A DNA stretch of 64,000 nucleotides from assembly GCA_963766285.1 (NCBI GenBank), contig CAVXZJ010000010.1:74250-138249 (forward strand), written 5' to 3'. Position 1 is the first letter of the stretch. Each line of letters starts with the position of its first letter. Positions 1 through 11,586 of the stretch are shown here, one piece after another. The translations under genes were made by a program, and so were the position numbers. The DNA is from an uncultured Alphaproteobacteria bacterium (GTDB lineage Bacteria > Pseudomonadota > Alphaproteobacteria > Reyranellales > Reyranellaceae). The notes beneath the pieces are model-generated. The model was given only the letters and a program-made list of their open reading frames with translations, did not search any database and was not told the origin of the DNA.

Positions 1-1
1 G

Positions 2-2347
2 TTGGCGCGCGCGGGCGGTGTGACGCACGACGTCTTCGAAGGCCTGATCCGGCTCGAGAGCCGGACCGAACTCTTCCTGCCGATGTTCCTGCCGCCCCTG
101 TTGTTCAACGCCGGCCTGACGATCGACGTACGCCGGCTGTTCGACGAGATCTTCGCCGTGCTGCTGCTCGCCATCGTGGCAGTGCTGGTCTGCATCGGCG
201 TGGTGGCGGCGGTGGTGCACCACACGACCGGCATCGACCTCATGGTCTGCCTGCTGCTGGGTGCGATCGTGTCGACCACCGATCCGGCGGCAGTCATCGC
301 CATCTTCCGCGACGTCGGGGCGCCCAAGCGGCTGTCGATCCTGGCCGAGGGCGAATTGCTGTTCAACGACGCCGTCGCCATCTCGACGTTCGCGTTCGTC
401 ATGGACATCCTGGTCGCCCGCGCCTCGCCCGAGATGGCGGGGCATTTGCCGACCGACCTGATGACGCCGGTCGTCCATTTCCTGCGCGAGTTCCTGTTCG
501 GCATCCTGTTCGGCTTCGCGCTGGCGCGAGGGGCGATGTTCATCCTGCCCCGGCTGAACGATTCGGAGCCGGCCATCGCCTCGGTGACGGTCAGTCTCGC
601 CTACCTCAGCTTCGTTGTGGCCGAGCACTATCTCAATATCTCGGGCGTCGTCGCCGTGGTCATGGCGGCCCTCACGGTCGCGGCCTACGGACCCACACAT
701 CTTCATCCCAAGCAATGGACGGCCTTGCGCCAGATCTGGTCGCAACTCGAGTTCTGGAGCAACTGCCTGATCTTCATCCTGGCCTCGATGCTGGCGGCCA
801 CCGTGCTGCCGCAGATCTCGTGGCTCTACATCTGGGGTGTGGCCGCGGTCGCGGCGAGCGCGCTCACGGCGCGGCTGCTCGTGGTGTTCGGCATGCTGCC
901 GTTGCTCGAAGTGACGCGGCTCGTGCAGCCGGTCGACAGCCGGTACAAGGCGATCCTGGTGTGGGGCGGCCTGCGCGGTGCCGTCACCATCGTGCTCGCC
1001 ATGGTGGTGCTCAGCGATCCGCGCCTGTCGGACGAGGTCCGCAAGTTCGCCGCTGTCATCGCCACGCTGTTCGTGATGCTCACTCTGTTCGTCAACGCAA
1101 CGACGCTCGGCCTCGTCATGCGCCTGCTCGGCCTCGACCGGCTGACCCGCATCGAACTGGCGCTGCGCGACCGCGTGCTGGCCCTGTCGCGGGTCAACGT
1201 CGCCCGCCAGCTTCAGGAGATCATGCGCACCCACAATGCGCGCACCGGCGGCCTCGACATCGACCCGGCGTCGGCCGGCGAGCCCGAGGCCGACCAGGCG
1301 CCGGCCGATCTGGCGCTCGAGCTCGACGAGCGGTTGACGGTCGGCCTGCTGACACTGTCGTCGCAGGAAAAGGAGCTCTACTTCGCGCTGTTCGACCAGC
1401 AGACCCTGTCGCGGCGCATGGTGGCCCTTCTGACAGCGCGCGCCGACCGGCTGATCGATGCGGTGCGCGACCGCGGCGTCGAGGGCTATGAAGACACCGC
1501 GCATGGCTTCGCGCTGCCGGCGCCGGCTTTCCGCGCGGCGCTCTGGCTGCACCGCGCACTGGGCTACGAAGGCGCGCTGACGGCACAGCTCGCCGACCGA
1601 TTCGAGATCCTGATGGTTTCGCAGGACGTGCTGGCAGCGATCGCCGCCTTCAACAGCAATTCGATCCCCGACCTGCTGGGCGCCGACGCAGCGGCGCGCC
1701 TGGCGTCCGTCATCCAGGACCGCCAGCAGCTCGTCGACGGCGCGCTCAAGGCGCTGTCGCTGCAGTATCCGGGCTACGCCAACTCCGTGCAGCGGCGCGA
1801 GTTCGAACGCGCGGCCATCCGGTTCGAATCGCTGGAGTACACGCGCCGTCTCGATGAATCGATCATCAGCCGAGAGGTCTATGCGACTTTGCGCGACGAA
1901 TTGAACAAGCGCCGCCGCGCCATCATCGAGCGCCCGCCGCTCGACCTCGGCCTCGAACTCGCCGGCATGATCGGCCGCGTGTCGCTGTTCGCGTCTCTCG
2001 ACAAAGAGGCGGTGCGCGAGGTCGGCCGCCGGCTGCGCGCCCTGGTGGCGCTGCCGGGCGAGAAGATCATCGCCGTCGGCGGTCCGCCGGATGCGATGTA
2101 CTTCATCGCCGCCGGCGAGGTCACGGTGCACGTCGGCGGAAACCGGGTGGTGCTGAAGGAAGGCGATTTCTTCGGCGAGATGGGGCTGCTCGAGTCGCGG
2201 CCGCGCAATGCCGACGTCGTGGCAAACGGCTACTGCCACCTGCTTGTCCTGCGGCGCAGGGACTTCGACAGTCTGCTGGCGCGCCGGCCGCAGGTGCGGG
2301 CCGAGATCCAGGCCGTGGCCGCCCAGCGCGTTGCCCCACCGGGGTAA
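2..2347 (+). CDS. CPA1-family cation:proton antiporter with C-terminal cyclic nucleotide-binding domain (5' partial)
   Basis: Multi-TM N-terminus with STTDPAAV and GE(L)LFNDAV antiporter motifs and WGGLRGAVT. C-terminal CNBD (GDFFGEMGLL..RPRNADV). Confidence 0.9.
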   Translation: MARAGGVTHDVFEGLIRLESRTELFLPMFLPPLLFNAGLTIDVRRLFDEIFAVLLLAIVAVLVCIGVVAAVVHHTTGIDLMVCLLLGAIVSTTDPAAVIAIFRDVGAPKRLSILAEGELLFNDAVAISTFAFVMDILVARASPEMAGHLPTDLMTPVVHFLREFLFGILFGFALARGAMFILPRLNDSEPAIASVTVSLAYLSFVVAEHYLNISGVVAVVMAALTVAAYGPTHLHPKQWTALRQIWSQLEFWSNCLIFILASMLAATVLPQISWLYIWGVAAVAASALTARLLVVFGMLPLLEVTRLVQPVDSRYKAILVWGGLRGAVTIVLAMVVLSDPRLSDEVRKFAAVIATLFVMLTLFVNATTLGLVMRLLGLDRLTRIELALRDRVLALSRVNVARQLQEIMRTHNARTGGLDIDPASAGEPEADQAPADLALELDERLTVGLLTLSSQEKELYFALFDQQTLSRRMVALLTARADRLIDAVRDRGVEGYEDTAHGFALPAPAFRAALWLHRALGYEGALTAQLADRFEILMVSQDVLAAIAAFNSNSIPDLLGADAAARLASVIQDRQQLVDGALKALSLQYPGYANSVQRREFERAAIRFESLEYTRRLDESIISREVYATLRDELNKRRRAIIERPPLDLGLELAGMIGRVSLFASLDKEAVREVGRRLRALVALPGEKIIAVGGPPDAMYFIAAGEVTVHVGGNRVVLKEGDFFGEMGLLESRPRNADVVANGYCHLLVLRRRDFDSLLARRPQVRAEIQAVAAQRVAPPG

Positions 2348-2391
2348 ACCGGCTACTAACCGCGCCGATTATAGGCTTTCCGGAGTTTTTC

Positions 2392-2709
2392 ATGTCGCTC
2401 GACAAGGACATGGTGGCGCGCATTGCGCGGCTTGCCCGTCTCAAGGTGCCGGAGGAAGAGCTTGCCCCGCTGGCAGGCGAGCTTTCGGGTATTTTTGCCT
2501 GGATCGAGCAACTGAACGAAGTCGACACGAAGAACGTCGAGCCGCTGTCGAGCATCTCCGAAGTGACCCTGCCGATGCGTGCCGACAAGGTGACGGATGG
2601 CGGCGTGGCGGAGAAGGTGCTGGCGAACGCGCCGGGCGGCGCCGTCTATATCGATCCGACCGACAGGAATGCGGGCGGCTTCTTCACCGTGCCGAAGGTC
2701 GTGGAGTAG
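2392..2709 (+). CDS. gatC: Asp-tRNA(Asn)/Glu-tRNA(Gln) amidotransferase subunit C
   Basis: IARLARL, EQLNEVDT..VEPL and FFTVPKVVE motifs; directly upstream of gatA. Confidence 0.95.
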   Translation: MSLDKDMVARIARLARLKVPEEELAPLAGELSGIFAWIEQLNEVDTKNVEPLSSISEVTLPMRADKVTDGGVAEKVLANAPGGAVYIDPTDRNAGGFFTVPKVVE

Positions 2710-2712
2710 GCG

Positions 2713-4185
2713 ATGGCGGCTCTCACCGATCTCACGCTCGCGCAGCTCTCCGCGGCGATGGCGAAGAAGGAAGCCAGTGCCCTCGAAGTGGCCGACGCGC
2801 ATCTGAAAAAACTCGACGAGCATCGTGCGCTCAATGTCTTCATCACCGAGACGCCCGACAAGGCGCGCGAGATGGCGAAAGCCTCCGACGCGCGCCGCGC
2901 GAAGGGCCACGCGGGACTGCTCGAAGGCGTGCCGCTCGCGATCAAGGATCTCTTCTGCACCGAAGGCGTGCAGACCACGGCCGGATCTCACATCCTCGAA
3001 GGCTTCGTGCCGCCGTATGAGAGCACGGTGACCGCCAACCTGTGGAAGGCGGGCGCCACGATGGTGGGCAAGACGAACCTCGACGAATTCGCCATGGGCT
3101 CGTCCAACATGACCAGCCATTTCGGCGGCGTCGAGAACCCGTGGAAGCGCAAGGGCGACAACCGCAAGCTGGTGCCCGGCGGCTCGTCCGGTGGCTCGGC
3201 CGCGGCGGTCGCGGCGTACATGGTGCCGGGCAGCACCGGCACCGACACCGGCGGCTCGATCCGCCAGCCCGCGTCCTTCTGCGGCATTGTCGGCATGAAG
3301 CCGACCTACGGCCGCTGCTCGCGCTGGGGCGTGGTCGCCTTCGCAAGCTCGCTCGACCAGCCCGGTCCGTTCGCGCGCACCGTCGAGGACACGGCGATCC
3401 TGCTGCAGGCGATGTCGGGCCACGATCCGAAGGATTCGACCTCAGCGCCGTTGGCCGTGCCGGACTTCGCCGCCGCCGCGCGCAACCCCGATATCAAGGG
3501 CCTCAGGGTCGGCATCCCGAAGGAGTATCGTGTCGACGGCACCGCGCCCGAGATCACCGCGCTCTGGGACAGGGGCGTGGAGATGCTGAAGGCTGCGGGC
3601 GCCACCGCCGTCGAAGTGTCGTTGCCGCACACCAAATATGCGCTGCCGGCCTACTACATCGTGGCGCCCGCCGAGTGCTCGTCGAACCTCGCGCGCTACG
3701 ACGGCGTGCGCTACGGCCTGCGCGTGCCGGGCAAGGACCTCACCGACATGTACGAGAGCACGCGCGGGGCGGGCTTCGGCAAGGAAGTGCGCCGCCGGAT
3801 CATGATCGGCACCTATGTGCTGTCGGCCGGCTACTACGACGCCTACTACAAGAAGGCCCAGCAGATCCGTGCGCTGATCGCCAGGGACTTCAAGGACGCC
3901 TTCCAGAAGTGCGACGTGCTGCTGACGCCGACGGCGCCGACCGCTGCCTTCGCCGCCGGCGAGAAGATGGACGATCCGGTGACCATGTACCTGAACGACA
4001 TGTTCACCATCCCGGCCTCGATGGCGGGCCTGCCCGGCATCTCCGTGCCCGCCGGCGTCGACAAGGACGGTCTGCCGCTTGGCCTGCAGCTGATCGGCCG
4101 CGCGTTTGACGAGGAGACCGTGCTCAAGGCCGGCGGCGCGCTGGAGAAGGCCGCAGCCTTCACGGGACGCGCCGCGGGTTACTGA
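2713..4185 (+). CDS. gatA: Asp-tRNA(Asn)/Glu-tRNA(Gln) amidotransferase subunit A
   Basis: Amidase signature [37 protein letters not shown]. Confidence 0.98.
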   Translation: MAALTDLTLAQLSAAMAKKEASALEVADAHLKKLDEHRALNVFITETPDKAREMAKASDARRAKGHAGLLEGVPLAIKDLFCTEGVQTTAGSHILEGFVPPYESTVTANLWKAGATMVGKTNLDEFAMGSSNMTSHFGGVENPWKRKGDNRKLVPGGSSGGSAAAVAAYMVPGSTGTDTGGSIRQPASFCGIVGMKPTYGRCSRWGVVAFASSLDQPGPFARTVEDTAILLQAMSGHDPKDSTSAPLAVPDFAAAARNPDIKGLRVGIPKEYRVDGTAPEITALWDRGVEMLKAAGATAVEVSLPHTKYALPAYYIVAPAECSSNLARYDGVRYGLRVPGKDLTDMYESTRGAGFGKEVRRRIMIGTYVLSAGYYDAYYKKAQQIRALIARDFKDAFQKCDVLLTPTAPTAAFAAGEKMDDPVTMYLNDMFTIPASMAGLPGISVPAGVDKDGLPLGLQLIGRAFDEETVLKAGGALEKAAAFTGRAAGY

Positions 4186-4189
4186 CCGG

Positions 4190-5263
4190 ATGGGCGCCCG
4201 CCGCATCGTTATCTGCGGCGGCGGCGCCATCGGCACCGCGATCGCCTATTTCCTCGCGCGTCGTGGCGCGCAGCCGATCGTCGTCGAGCGCCACGCCGTC
4301 GGTGGCTCGGCGTCCGGCAAGTCCGGCGGCTTCCTCGCTTACGACTGGTGCCGCGGAACGCCAGTCGACCAGCTCGCTCGTCGCAGCTTCACGCTGCATG
4401 CGGAACTTGCCGATGAGCTCGACAATCCGTGGGGATACCGGCGGCTCGAAACCTTCGCCGGTCACGCGACCGCAGGCGTGGATGGCAAGGGAACGCGCGG
4501 TCGCGCGTGGCTTTCGCCCAGCGTAACGCTTACGGGGCAGATCGGTTCGCCCGATACGACGGCTCTGGTCGAGCCGCACGCCTTCACGACCGGCCTGATG
4601 CGCGCCGCCGAAGCGAATGGCGCGACCTTGAAGCAAGGCACGGTCGCAGATCTCGTACGAGGGACGGATGGCGCAGTGCGGGGCGTCGAACTCGACACCG
4701 GCGAAACGATAGAAGGCGACGCCGTTGTCATTGCCATGGGCCCATGGTCGATCCTTGCCGCGAACTGGCTGCCGCTGCCTCCGGTCTACGGCTTGAAGGG
4801 CCACAGCCTGATCTTCCGTACGGGTGACGCCATTCCGGCCGAAGCGCTCTTCCTCGAATACCAGGAAGAGAGCGGCGAGGTGCTGACTCCGGAAGTCTTC
4901 GCGCGCGCCGACGGAACGGTCTGGGCCTGCGCCGTCTCCAGCACCTCACCCTTGCCAATCGATCCGGCCGGCGTGGCGGCAGACGAGGGTGCGCATGAGC
5001 GCCTCGAAAAACTCTGCCGCAGCCTTTCGCCGGCCATCGCCGATGCACCCGTCGTGGCGCGCCAGGCCTGCTTTCGGCCCGTTACCGAGGACGGCGTGCC
5101 GCTGATCGGCGCGGTGCAGGGTGTGACGGGCGCCTACGTCGCGACCGGCCACAGCGTCTGGGGAATGCTCAATGCGCCGGCGACCGGCGAGGCGATGGCC
5201 GAACTGATCCTCGACGGTGCGACCCGGCACGTCGATCTGGCGCGGTTCTCGTCACGGCGGTAG
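4190..5263 (+). CDS. FAD-dependent oxidoreductase (DAO/glycine oxidase-like)
   Basis: GGGAIG Rossmann motif, ASGKSGG, C-terminal ATGHSVWG. ATG at 4190. Confidence 0.88.
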   Translation: MGARRIVICGGGAIGTAIAYFLARRGAQPIVVERHAVGGSASGKSGGFLAYDWCRGTPVDQLARRSFTLHAELADELDNPWGYRRLETFAGHATAGVDGKGTRGRAWLSPSVTLTGQIGSPDTTALVEPHAFTTGLMRAAEANGATLKQGTVADLVRGTDGAVRGVELDTGETIEGDAVVIAMGPWSILAANWLPLPPVYGLKGHSLIFRTGDAIPAEALFLEYQEESGEVLTPEVFARADGTVWACAVSSTSPLPIDPAGVAADEGAHERLEKLCRSLSPAIADAPVVARQACFRPVTEDGVPLIGAVQGVTGAYVATGHSVWGMLNAPATGEAMAELILDGATRHVDLARFSSRR

Positions 5264-5289
5264 GCTCCCGCCCAAATCGGGAGCGAACC

Positions 5290-7010
5290 ATGGCGGACTT
5301 CGATCTGGTCATTCGCGGCGGCACGGTCGCCGATGGCATGGGCACCGGCACGCGCGAGGCCGATGTCGCCATCAAGGACGGCAAGATCGCCGCGGTCGGC
5401 GCCGTCCCGGGCAGGGGCGCCGAGGAGATCGCGGCCAAGGGGCTGCTGGTCACGCCGGGCTTCGTCGACATCCACACGCATTACGACGGGCAGGCGACCT
5501 GGGACTCCCGTCTGCAGCCCTCGAGCTGGCATGGCGTCACCACGGCGGTGATGGGCAATTGCGGCGTCGGCTTCGCGCCGGTGAAGGTCGAGGACCGCCA
5601 GCGGCTGATCGAGCTGATGGAAGGCGTCGAGGATATTCCCGGCGCGGCGCTCGACGAAGGCCTGAGCTGGTCGTGGGAATCGTTCGGCCAGTATCTCGAT
5701 GCGCTGGAGGCGCGGCCGCGCGACATGGATCTCGGCGCGCAGCTGCCGCACGGCGCGCTGCGCGTCTTCGTCATGGGCGAGCGCGCGGCGAAGCTGGAGG
5801 AGGCGACAGCCGGAGGAAGTGGCGCAGATGCGCGCGTTGACCGCGCAGGCGATGCGCGACGGCGCGATCGGCTTCTCGACGTCGCGCACGCTCAACCATC
5901 GCACCGTGAAGGGCGATCCGACGCCGTCGCTGCGCGCCTCCGAGGCCGAGCTGCTGGGCATCGCGCTCGGCATGAAGGACGCCGGTCGCGGCGTCATCGA
6001 ATTCATCTCCGACTTCAACACGCCGACATCCCGAGAGCGAGTTCGAGATGATCGACCGCCTGCTGGCGGCGAGCGGCCGGCCGTTCTCGGTGTCGCTGGC
6101 GCAGCGCCACTCGCGGCCCGACGGCTGGCGGCGCCTGCTCGGTCTCGTCGAAGGGCTGGCGGCCAAGGGCTATGCGGCCAAGGCGCAGGTGGCGCCACGG
6201 CCGATCGGCGTGCTGCAGGGCCTGCAGGCGAGCCGCACGCCGTTCTCGATGTGCGCGTCCTACAAGGCGATCGCGCAGAAGAGCGTGGCCGAGCGCCTCG
6301 CCATCCTGCGCGATCCGACGTTCCGTGCCCAGCTCCTGAAGGAGGCGCACGAACCCCTGCGCTCCGACATGGCGGCGCGCCTCACCGACTACGACCGCAT
6401 GTTTCCGCTCGGCGATCCGCCGAACTACGAGCCGGCCGAGGAAACTTCGCTCGGCGCCCGGGCGCGCCGCGAGGGCTGCGATCCGCGCGAGGTCGTCTAC
6501 GACTACATGATCGAGGGCGAGGGCAAGAACTTCATCTTCGCGCCGTTCGCCAACTTCGCCGCCTACAATCTCGACTGCTGCAGCGAAATGATGCAGAGCC
6601 CGCACACGCTGATCGGGCTGGGCGACGGCGGCGCCCATGTCGGCCTGATCTCGGACGGCTCCTTCCCGACGTCGCTGCTGGCGCACTGGGGCCGCGACCG
6701 CAAGAACGGCAGACTGGATGTGTCTTGGCTGGTGAAGCGGCACACGGCGGACAACGCTGCCGCCGTCGGCCTGGCCGATCGCGGAAGGATCGCCCCGGGC
6801 TACAAGGCCGATCTCAACGTCATCGACTTCGACAAACTCCGTGTCGAGGCGCCGGTGATGAAGTGGGACCTGCCGGCCGGTGGCAAGCGCCTGCTGCAGA
6901 AGGCGCGCGGCTATCGTGCGACGATCGTCTCGGGCGCGATCACCTACCGCGATGGCGAAGCGACCGGTGCGCTGCCCGGCCGCCTTGTGCGCGGGGCGCA
7001 GCGGCCCTGA
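5290..7010 (+). CDS. N-acyl-D-amino-acid deacylase-like amidohydrolase (two apparent frameshifts, ~5810 and ~6035)
   Basis: PGFVDIHTHYD, GNCGVGFAP, SDGGAH-like GLGDGGAHV and GYKADLNVID spread over three consecutive frames. Confidence 0.85.
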
Positions 7011-7113
7011 CGGCTCCTCGCCACGCGCTCTCTCGACCGTGAAGTGCGCGCGCCGCATATTGATGCGACGGTGGAGCGAATTGGTTTGCACGTTCGCTTC
7101 GGGGAGATCCTTC

Positions 7114-7617
7114 ATGCGCATCTGGCGCCTGCTTGCCGTCACGCTGCTCGTGGCCTCCGTGCCGGTCGCCGCGTCGGCGCAAGGCGACGATGCTGCCTAC
7201 TGCGCAGCCTTGTCGGACATGGCCAATCGCTATCTCGTCAGCAACACAGGGAACGGCCACGGCCAGCCCGATCTGGAAGTGCGCGAAGCGACGGTCGCCT
7301 GCAGCTCCGGGCAGTATGCCCGGGGCATTCCCGTGCTGGAGCGCAAGCTGCGGGCCGGCCGATTCACACTGCCCACGCGCACGTCGGCGTCCGCGCCGGC
7401 CGCTGCGCCGGTGCAAGGCGACGACGCCTCCTATTGTGCAGCGCTGTCGGCCCTCGCCAACAAGTACCTGGTCAGTAATACCAGCCAGGGCAATGGATCG
7501 CCCGACCTCGACACGCGTGCCGCGACCAACGATTGCGCCAAGGGAAATTTCGCCAGGGGCATTCCCGTGCTCGAGCGCAAGCTGCGCAGCAACGGCTTCA
7601 CGCTACCCAAGCGCTAA
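7114..7617 (+). CDS. Secreted protein with two tandem copies of a two-cysteine DDAAYC...IPVLE domain
   Basis: Signal peptide ending ASA-Q, then two ~67-aa repeats (QGDDAAYCAALS...RGIPVLERKLR..FTLP.R). Confidence 0.8.
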   Translation: MRIWRLLAVTLLVASVPVAASAQGDDAAYCAALSDMANRYLVSNTGNGHGQPDLEVREATVACSSGQYARGIPVLERKLRAGRFTLPTRTSASAPAAAPVQGDDASYCAALSALANKYLVSNTSQGNGSPDLDTRAATNDCAKGNFARGIPVLERKLRSNGFTLPKR

Positions 7618-8580
7618 TCGGCCTTGATGTTGTTGTCGGAGATGACCTTGAACCAGCGCTCCTGCTCGCCTTTCTGGAAGGCGGCGAACTCGTCGGGCGT
7701 GCTGGCGATGATCTCCATGTCGATCTGCTCGGCGAATTTCCGGGCGACGTCGGGCGCACGCGCGGCCTTGGCGAGTTCGACGTTCATGCGGTCGACGATC
7801 AGGCGCGGCGTGCCGGTCGGCACGTAGACGCCCCACCACGAATAGGTCGGATAGGTCTTCAGGCCCTGTTCACCGAGCGTCGGCACGGCGGGCAGGGTGG
7901 GCGCGCGCTTGTCGCCCGTGGTCGCGAGAGCGCGCAGCTTGCCTGCGCGGAAATGCGGTTGCAGCGCCCCCAGGGTCGTGACCGTCACGTCGGTGACGCC
8001 CGCCAGCACGTCCTGCACCGTGGGGCCGCCGCCTTTGTAGTAGATCTGGTTGAGCTCGAAGCCATTGGCCTTCTGCAGGTAGGCCGTGGTCAGCAGCGCA
8101 CCGCTCGCCGACAGCAGGCCCACGCTCACCTTGCCCGGCCGTGCCCTGGCGTCGGCGACGACATCCTCGATGTTCTTGTATGGCCGGTCGGGATGGCAGG
8201 CGACGGCGAGCGGTGCGCGGCCGACCAGCATCACGTTCTGCAACTCGCTGTCCTTGTAAGGCAGGTTGGGCGTGAAGGCGGGGCTGAGGATGTGGCTGTC
8301 GAAATGTGATCATCCACGTCATGCCGTCGGGCGGCGCCTTGGCCGCGATCGCCGCCCCGATCGCGCCGGCGGCGCCCGGCTTGTTGTCGATCACGGTCTG
8401 CCAGCCGGTATTCTCGCTCACCTTGGCGGCGAGCAGGCGCGCCACCGGATCGGTCGTGCCGCCGGGCGGGAAGGGCACGACGACGCGGATGCTGCCCTTG
8501 GGCCACTCGGCCTGCGCGCGGGCGAGCGGCGGCGCGGCAAGAGTTGCCGCAGTCCCGGCGAGAAGAGCGCGGCGCTTCAT
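7614..8580 (-). CDS. Bug/TctC tripartite tricarboxylate transporter substrate-binding protein (frameshift ~8303)
   Basis: Tat-like signal MKRRALL, VVPFPPGGTTD, IDNKPGAAGAIG, YKGGGP, LPAVPTLGE, WWGVYVPTGTP. Confidence 0.9.
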
Positions 8581-8582
8581 GG

Positions 8583-9562
8583 TCAATCGCCCTTGATGTC
8601 GTTTTCCTTGATCACCTTGAACCAGCGCTCCTGTTCGCTCTTCTGATAGGCGGCGAATTCCTCGGGCGCTGGTGGTCAGGATCTCCATGTTGAACTGCTC
8701 GACGAACTTCTGCGTCACGTCGGGCGAGCGCACGGCCTTGGCGATCTCGGCATGCATCCTGTCGATGATCGGCCGCGGCACGCCCGCCGGGCAGTAGACG
8801 CCCCACCAGGAGTAGGACGGAAAGCTCTTCACGTTCTGCTCGATCAGCGTCGACGTGTCGGGCAACGCCGGCGTGCGCTTCTCGCTCGTCACGGCGATCG
8901 GGCGCACCTTCTTCGAATTGATGTGCGGGCTCACCGAGGTGAGGCTCTGGATGGCGACGTCAGTGACGCCGGCCAGCAGGTCCTGGTTGACCGGTCCGCC
9001 GCCCTTGTAGGGGATGACGTTGAGGTCGACGTCGTTTTCCTTCCTGATGTACGCCATCAGCACCAGCGCCTGGCTCGCGCCCAGCACACCGACGCTCACC
9101 TTGCCAGGCCGCTTCTTGGCGTCCTCGATCACCTCGGCGAACGTCTTGTAGGGACGGTCGGGATGGGCGCAGATCGCCTGCGGCGTGCGGCCGATCTCCA
9201 TGACGTTGAACAGGTCGGAGTCCTTGTACGGCAGGGTGCGCCGCGAAGGCCGGATTGAGGATGTGACTGTCGAAGGTGATCATCCAGGTCTGGCCGTCGG
9301 GCGGCGACTTTGCGGCGACGGACGCGCCGACCACGCTGGCGCCACCCGGCTTGTTGTCGACGATGATGTTCCAGCCGGTCTGGTCGGCGAGCTTGGCCTG
9401 GATGATGCGCGCTACCGGATCGGTCGAGCCGCCGGGCGGGAAGGGCACGACGATCTTGAGCTGGCCCTTGGGCCAGTCGCCGGTGCCCTGGGCGCGGACG
9501 ATAGCGGGGCTGGCGAGAGCGGCGGCGCCCGCAAGCACTGCGCGGCGGCGTAGGATCGTCAT
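8583..9562 (-). CDS. Bug/TctC substrate-binding protein, tandem paralog (frameshifts ~9240 and ~8665)
   Basis: VVPFPPGGSTD, IVDNKPGG, PYKGGGP, WWGVYCPAGVP; closely similar to the adjacent gene. Confidence 0.88.
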
Positions 9563-9605
9563 GGAAGTTCTCCCGGTCTTTTCATGTGGCTTGGTTGGCG
9601 GCACA

Positions 9606-10073
9606 CTACTTCAGCGGCTTGCTCATGGGAAAGCCCGAGGCCGTGCCGAATTGTCCCGCCGGCCGTCCGTTTTCCACGTAGCCGTTGGCGAGATAGAAGC
9701 GCCGCGCCGTGGCCGTGCTCGCCAGAGTGCAGCGATCGACGCCACGTTCGATCGCGCGTTGCTCGAGGGCTTTGAGGACCGCCCGACTCGCGCCCCGGAA
9801 GCGCGCGTCGGGCGAGACATAGTTCAAGGTGGTCTCGCCGCTGTTGCGGACGGCGCCGACGGCCAGGATGCGGTCGTCCTCGACGGCGACCAGCACCGAA
9901 TTATCCGGCTCGGCAAGCCAGCGCCTGAAGATCTCCGGCTTCTTGTTGGCCAGCCACGCCTCGAGGATCGCGGGATGGCCGCGGTGATCGGCCTCGCAGA
10001 GTTCGGCGATCAAGCGCCGCATGACCTCGCAGGCGGCTTCCGCGTCGGCCGGTATGGCATCCCGTATTTCCAT
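9606..10073 (-). CDS. GNAT family N-acetyltransferase
   Basis: MEIRDA start, [10 protein letters not shown] motif [11 protein letters not shown]. Confidence 0.88.
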   Translation of the reverse strand: MEIRDAIPADAEAACEVMRRLIAELCEADHRGHPAILEAWLANKKPEIFRRWLAEPDNSVLVAVEDDRILAVGAVRNSGETTLNYVSPDARFRGASRAVLKALEQRAIERGVDRCTLASTATARRFYLANGYVENGRPAGQFGTASGFPMSKPLK

Positions 10074-10137
10074 GATGGCAGAAGGGCATAGCGCGATCTT
10101 TTTGCAAAGAGCCACCCGAGTCGCTATTTACCCCTTT

Positions 10138-11586
10138 ATGTCACTGATCAAAGGCGAAACCGGCGACTGGGAGATCGTGCTTGGGCTCGAAGTCCATGCC
10201 CAGGTGATCTCCGACGCCAAGCTCTTCTCCGGCGCACCGACCAGCTTCGGCGCCGATCCCAACACCCAGGTGTCGCTGGTCGACGCCGCCATGCCCGGCA
10301 TGCTGCCCGTGATCAACGAGCGTTGCGTGGAACAGGCGGTGCGCACCGGTCTTGGCCTCAACGCCAAGATCAACCTGCGCTCGGTGTTCGACCGCAAGAA
10401 CTACTTCTACGCCGATCTGCCGCAGGGCTATCAGATCTCGCAGTTCAAGGACCCGATCGTGGGCGAGGGCGCGGTCGAGATCGATCTCGAGGGCGGCGGC
10501 ACCAAGACGATCGGTATCGAGCGACTGCATCTCGAGCAGGATGCAGGCAAGAGCCTGCACGACCAGCACCCGAGCCAGACCTATGTCGACCTGAACCGCT
10601 CGGGTGTGGCACTGATGGAGATCGTGAGCCGGCCCGACATGCGCAATGCCGACGAGGCGGCGGCGTACCTGACCAAGCTGCGCTCGATCGTGCGCTATCT
10701 CGGCACCTGCGACGGCAACATGGACGAGGGCTCCATGCGCTGCGACGTCAACGTGTCGGTGCGCAAGCCCGGCGATCCGCTGGGCACGCGCTGCGAGATC
10801 AAGAACGTGAACTCGATCCGCTTCGTGAAGCAGGCCATCGAGTACGAAGCGCGCCGCCAGGTCGAGGTGATCGAAGGCGGTGGCAAGATCGTGCAGGAGA
10901 CGCGCCAGTTCGAGCCGGCCAAGGGCGAGACGCGCGCGTCGCGCTCGAAGGAAGATGCGCACGACTATCGCTACTTCCCCGATCCGGACCTGTTGCCGCT
11001 GGTGATGACGCAGGAATTCGTCGACGGCATCAAGGCGACCCTGCCCGAGCTGCCCGACGCCCGTAAGGCGCGCTTCATCAAGGAATACGGCCTCACGCCC
11101 TACGACGCAGGCGTGCTGGTCCTCGAGAAGGAGACGGCGGCCTTCTTCGACGGCGTGGCCAAGGGGCGCGATGCCAAGGAGGCCGTGAAGCTGGTCACCG
11201 GCGACTTCTTCGCCATGCTGAACCGGCGCGGCGTATCGATCGCCGGGTCGCCGATCACGGCGGCGCATCTCGGCAAGCTGCTCGACCTCCAGAAGGACGG
11301 CACCATTTCGGGCCGAATCGCCAAGGACCTGTTCGTGGCGATGGAGGAGACCGGCAAGGATCCGGCCGTGCTCGTCGAGGAGCGTGGGCTGCGGCAGGTC
11401 ACGGACACCGGCGCGATCGAAGCGGCGATCAAGGAGATCATCGCAGCGAATCCCAAGCAGGTCGAAGCCTACAAGGCCAAGCCCACGATGATGGGCTGGT
11501 TCGTCGGCCAGGTGATGAAGTCGACCGGCGGCAAGGCCAATCCCAAGATCGTCAACGAGCTGCTGAAGAAGGCGCTCGACTCTTGA
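10138..11586 (+). CDS. gatB: Asp-tRNA(Asn)/Glu-tRNA(Gln) amidotransferase subunit B
   Basis: [52 protein letters not shown]. Confidence 0.98.
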   Translation: MSLIKGETGDWEIVLGLEVHAQVISDAKLFSGAPTSFGADPNTQVSLVDAAMPGMLPVINERCVEQAVRTGLGLNAKINLRSVFDRKNYFYADLPQGYQISQFKDPIVGEGAVEIDLEGGGTKTIGIERLHLEQDAGKSLHDQHPSQTYVDLNRSGVALMEIVSRPDMRNADEAAAYLTKLRSIVRYLGTCDGNMDEGSMRCDVNVSVRKPGDPLGTRCEIKNVNSIRFVKQAIEYEARRQVEVIEGGGKIVQETRQFEPAKGETRASRSKEDAHDYRYFPDPDLLPLVMTQEFVDGIKATLPELPDARKARFIKEYGLTPYDAGVLVLEKETAAFFDGVAKGRDAKEAVKLVTGDFFAMLNRRGVSIAGSPITAAHLGKLLDLQKDGTISGRIAKDLFVAMEETGKDPAVLVEERGLRQVTDTGAIEAAIKEIIAANPKQVEAYKAKPTMMGWFVGQVMKSTGGKANPKIVNELLKKALDS

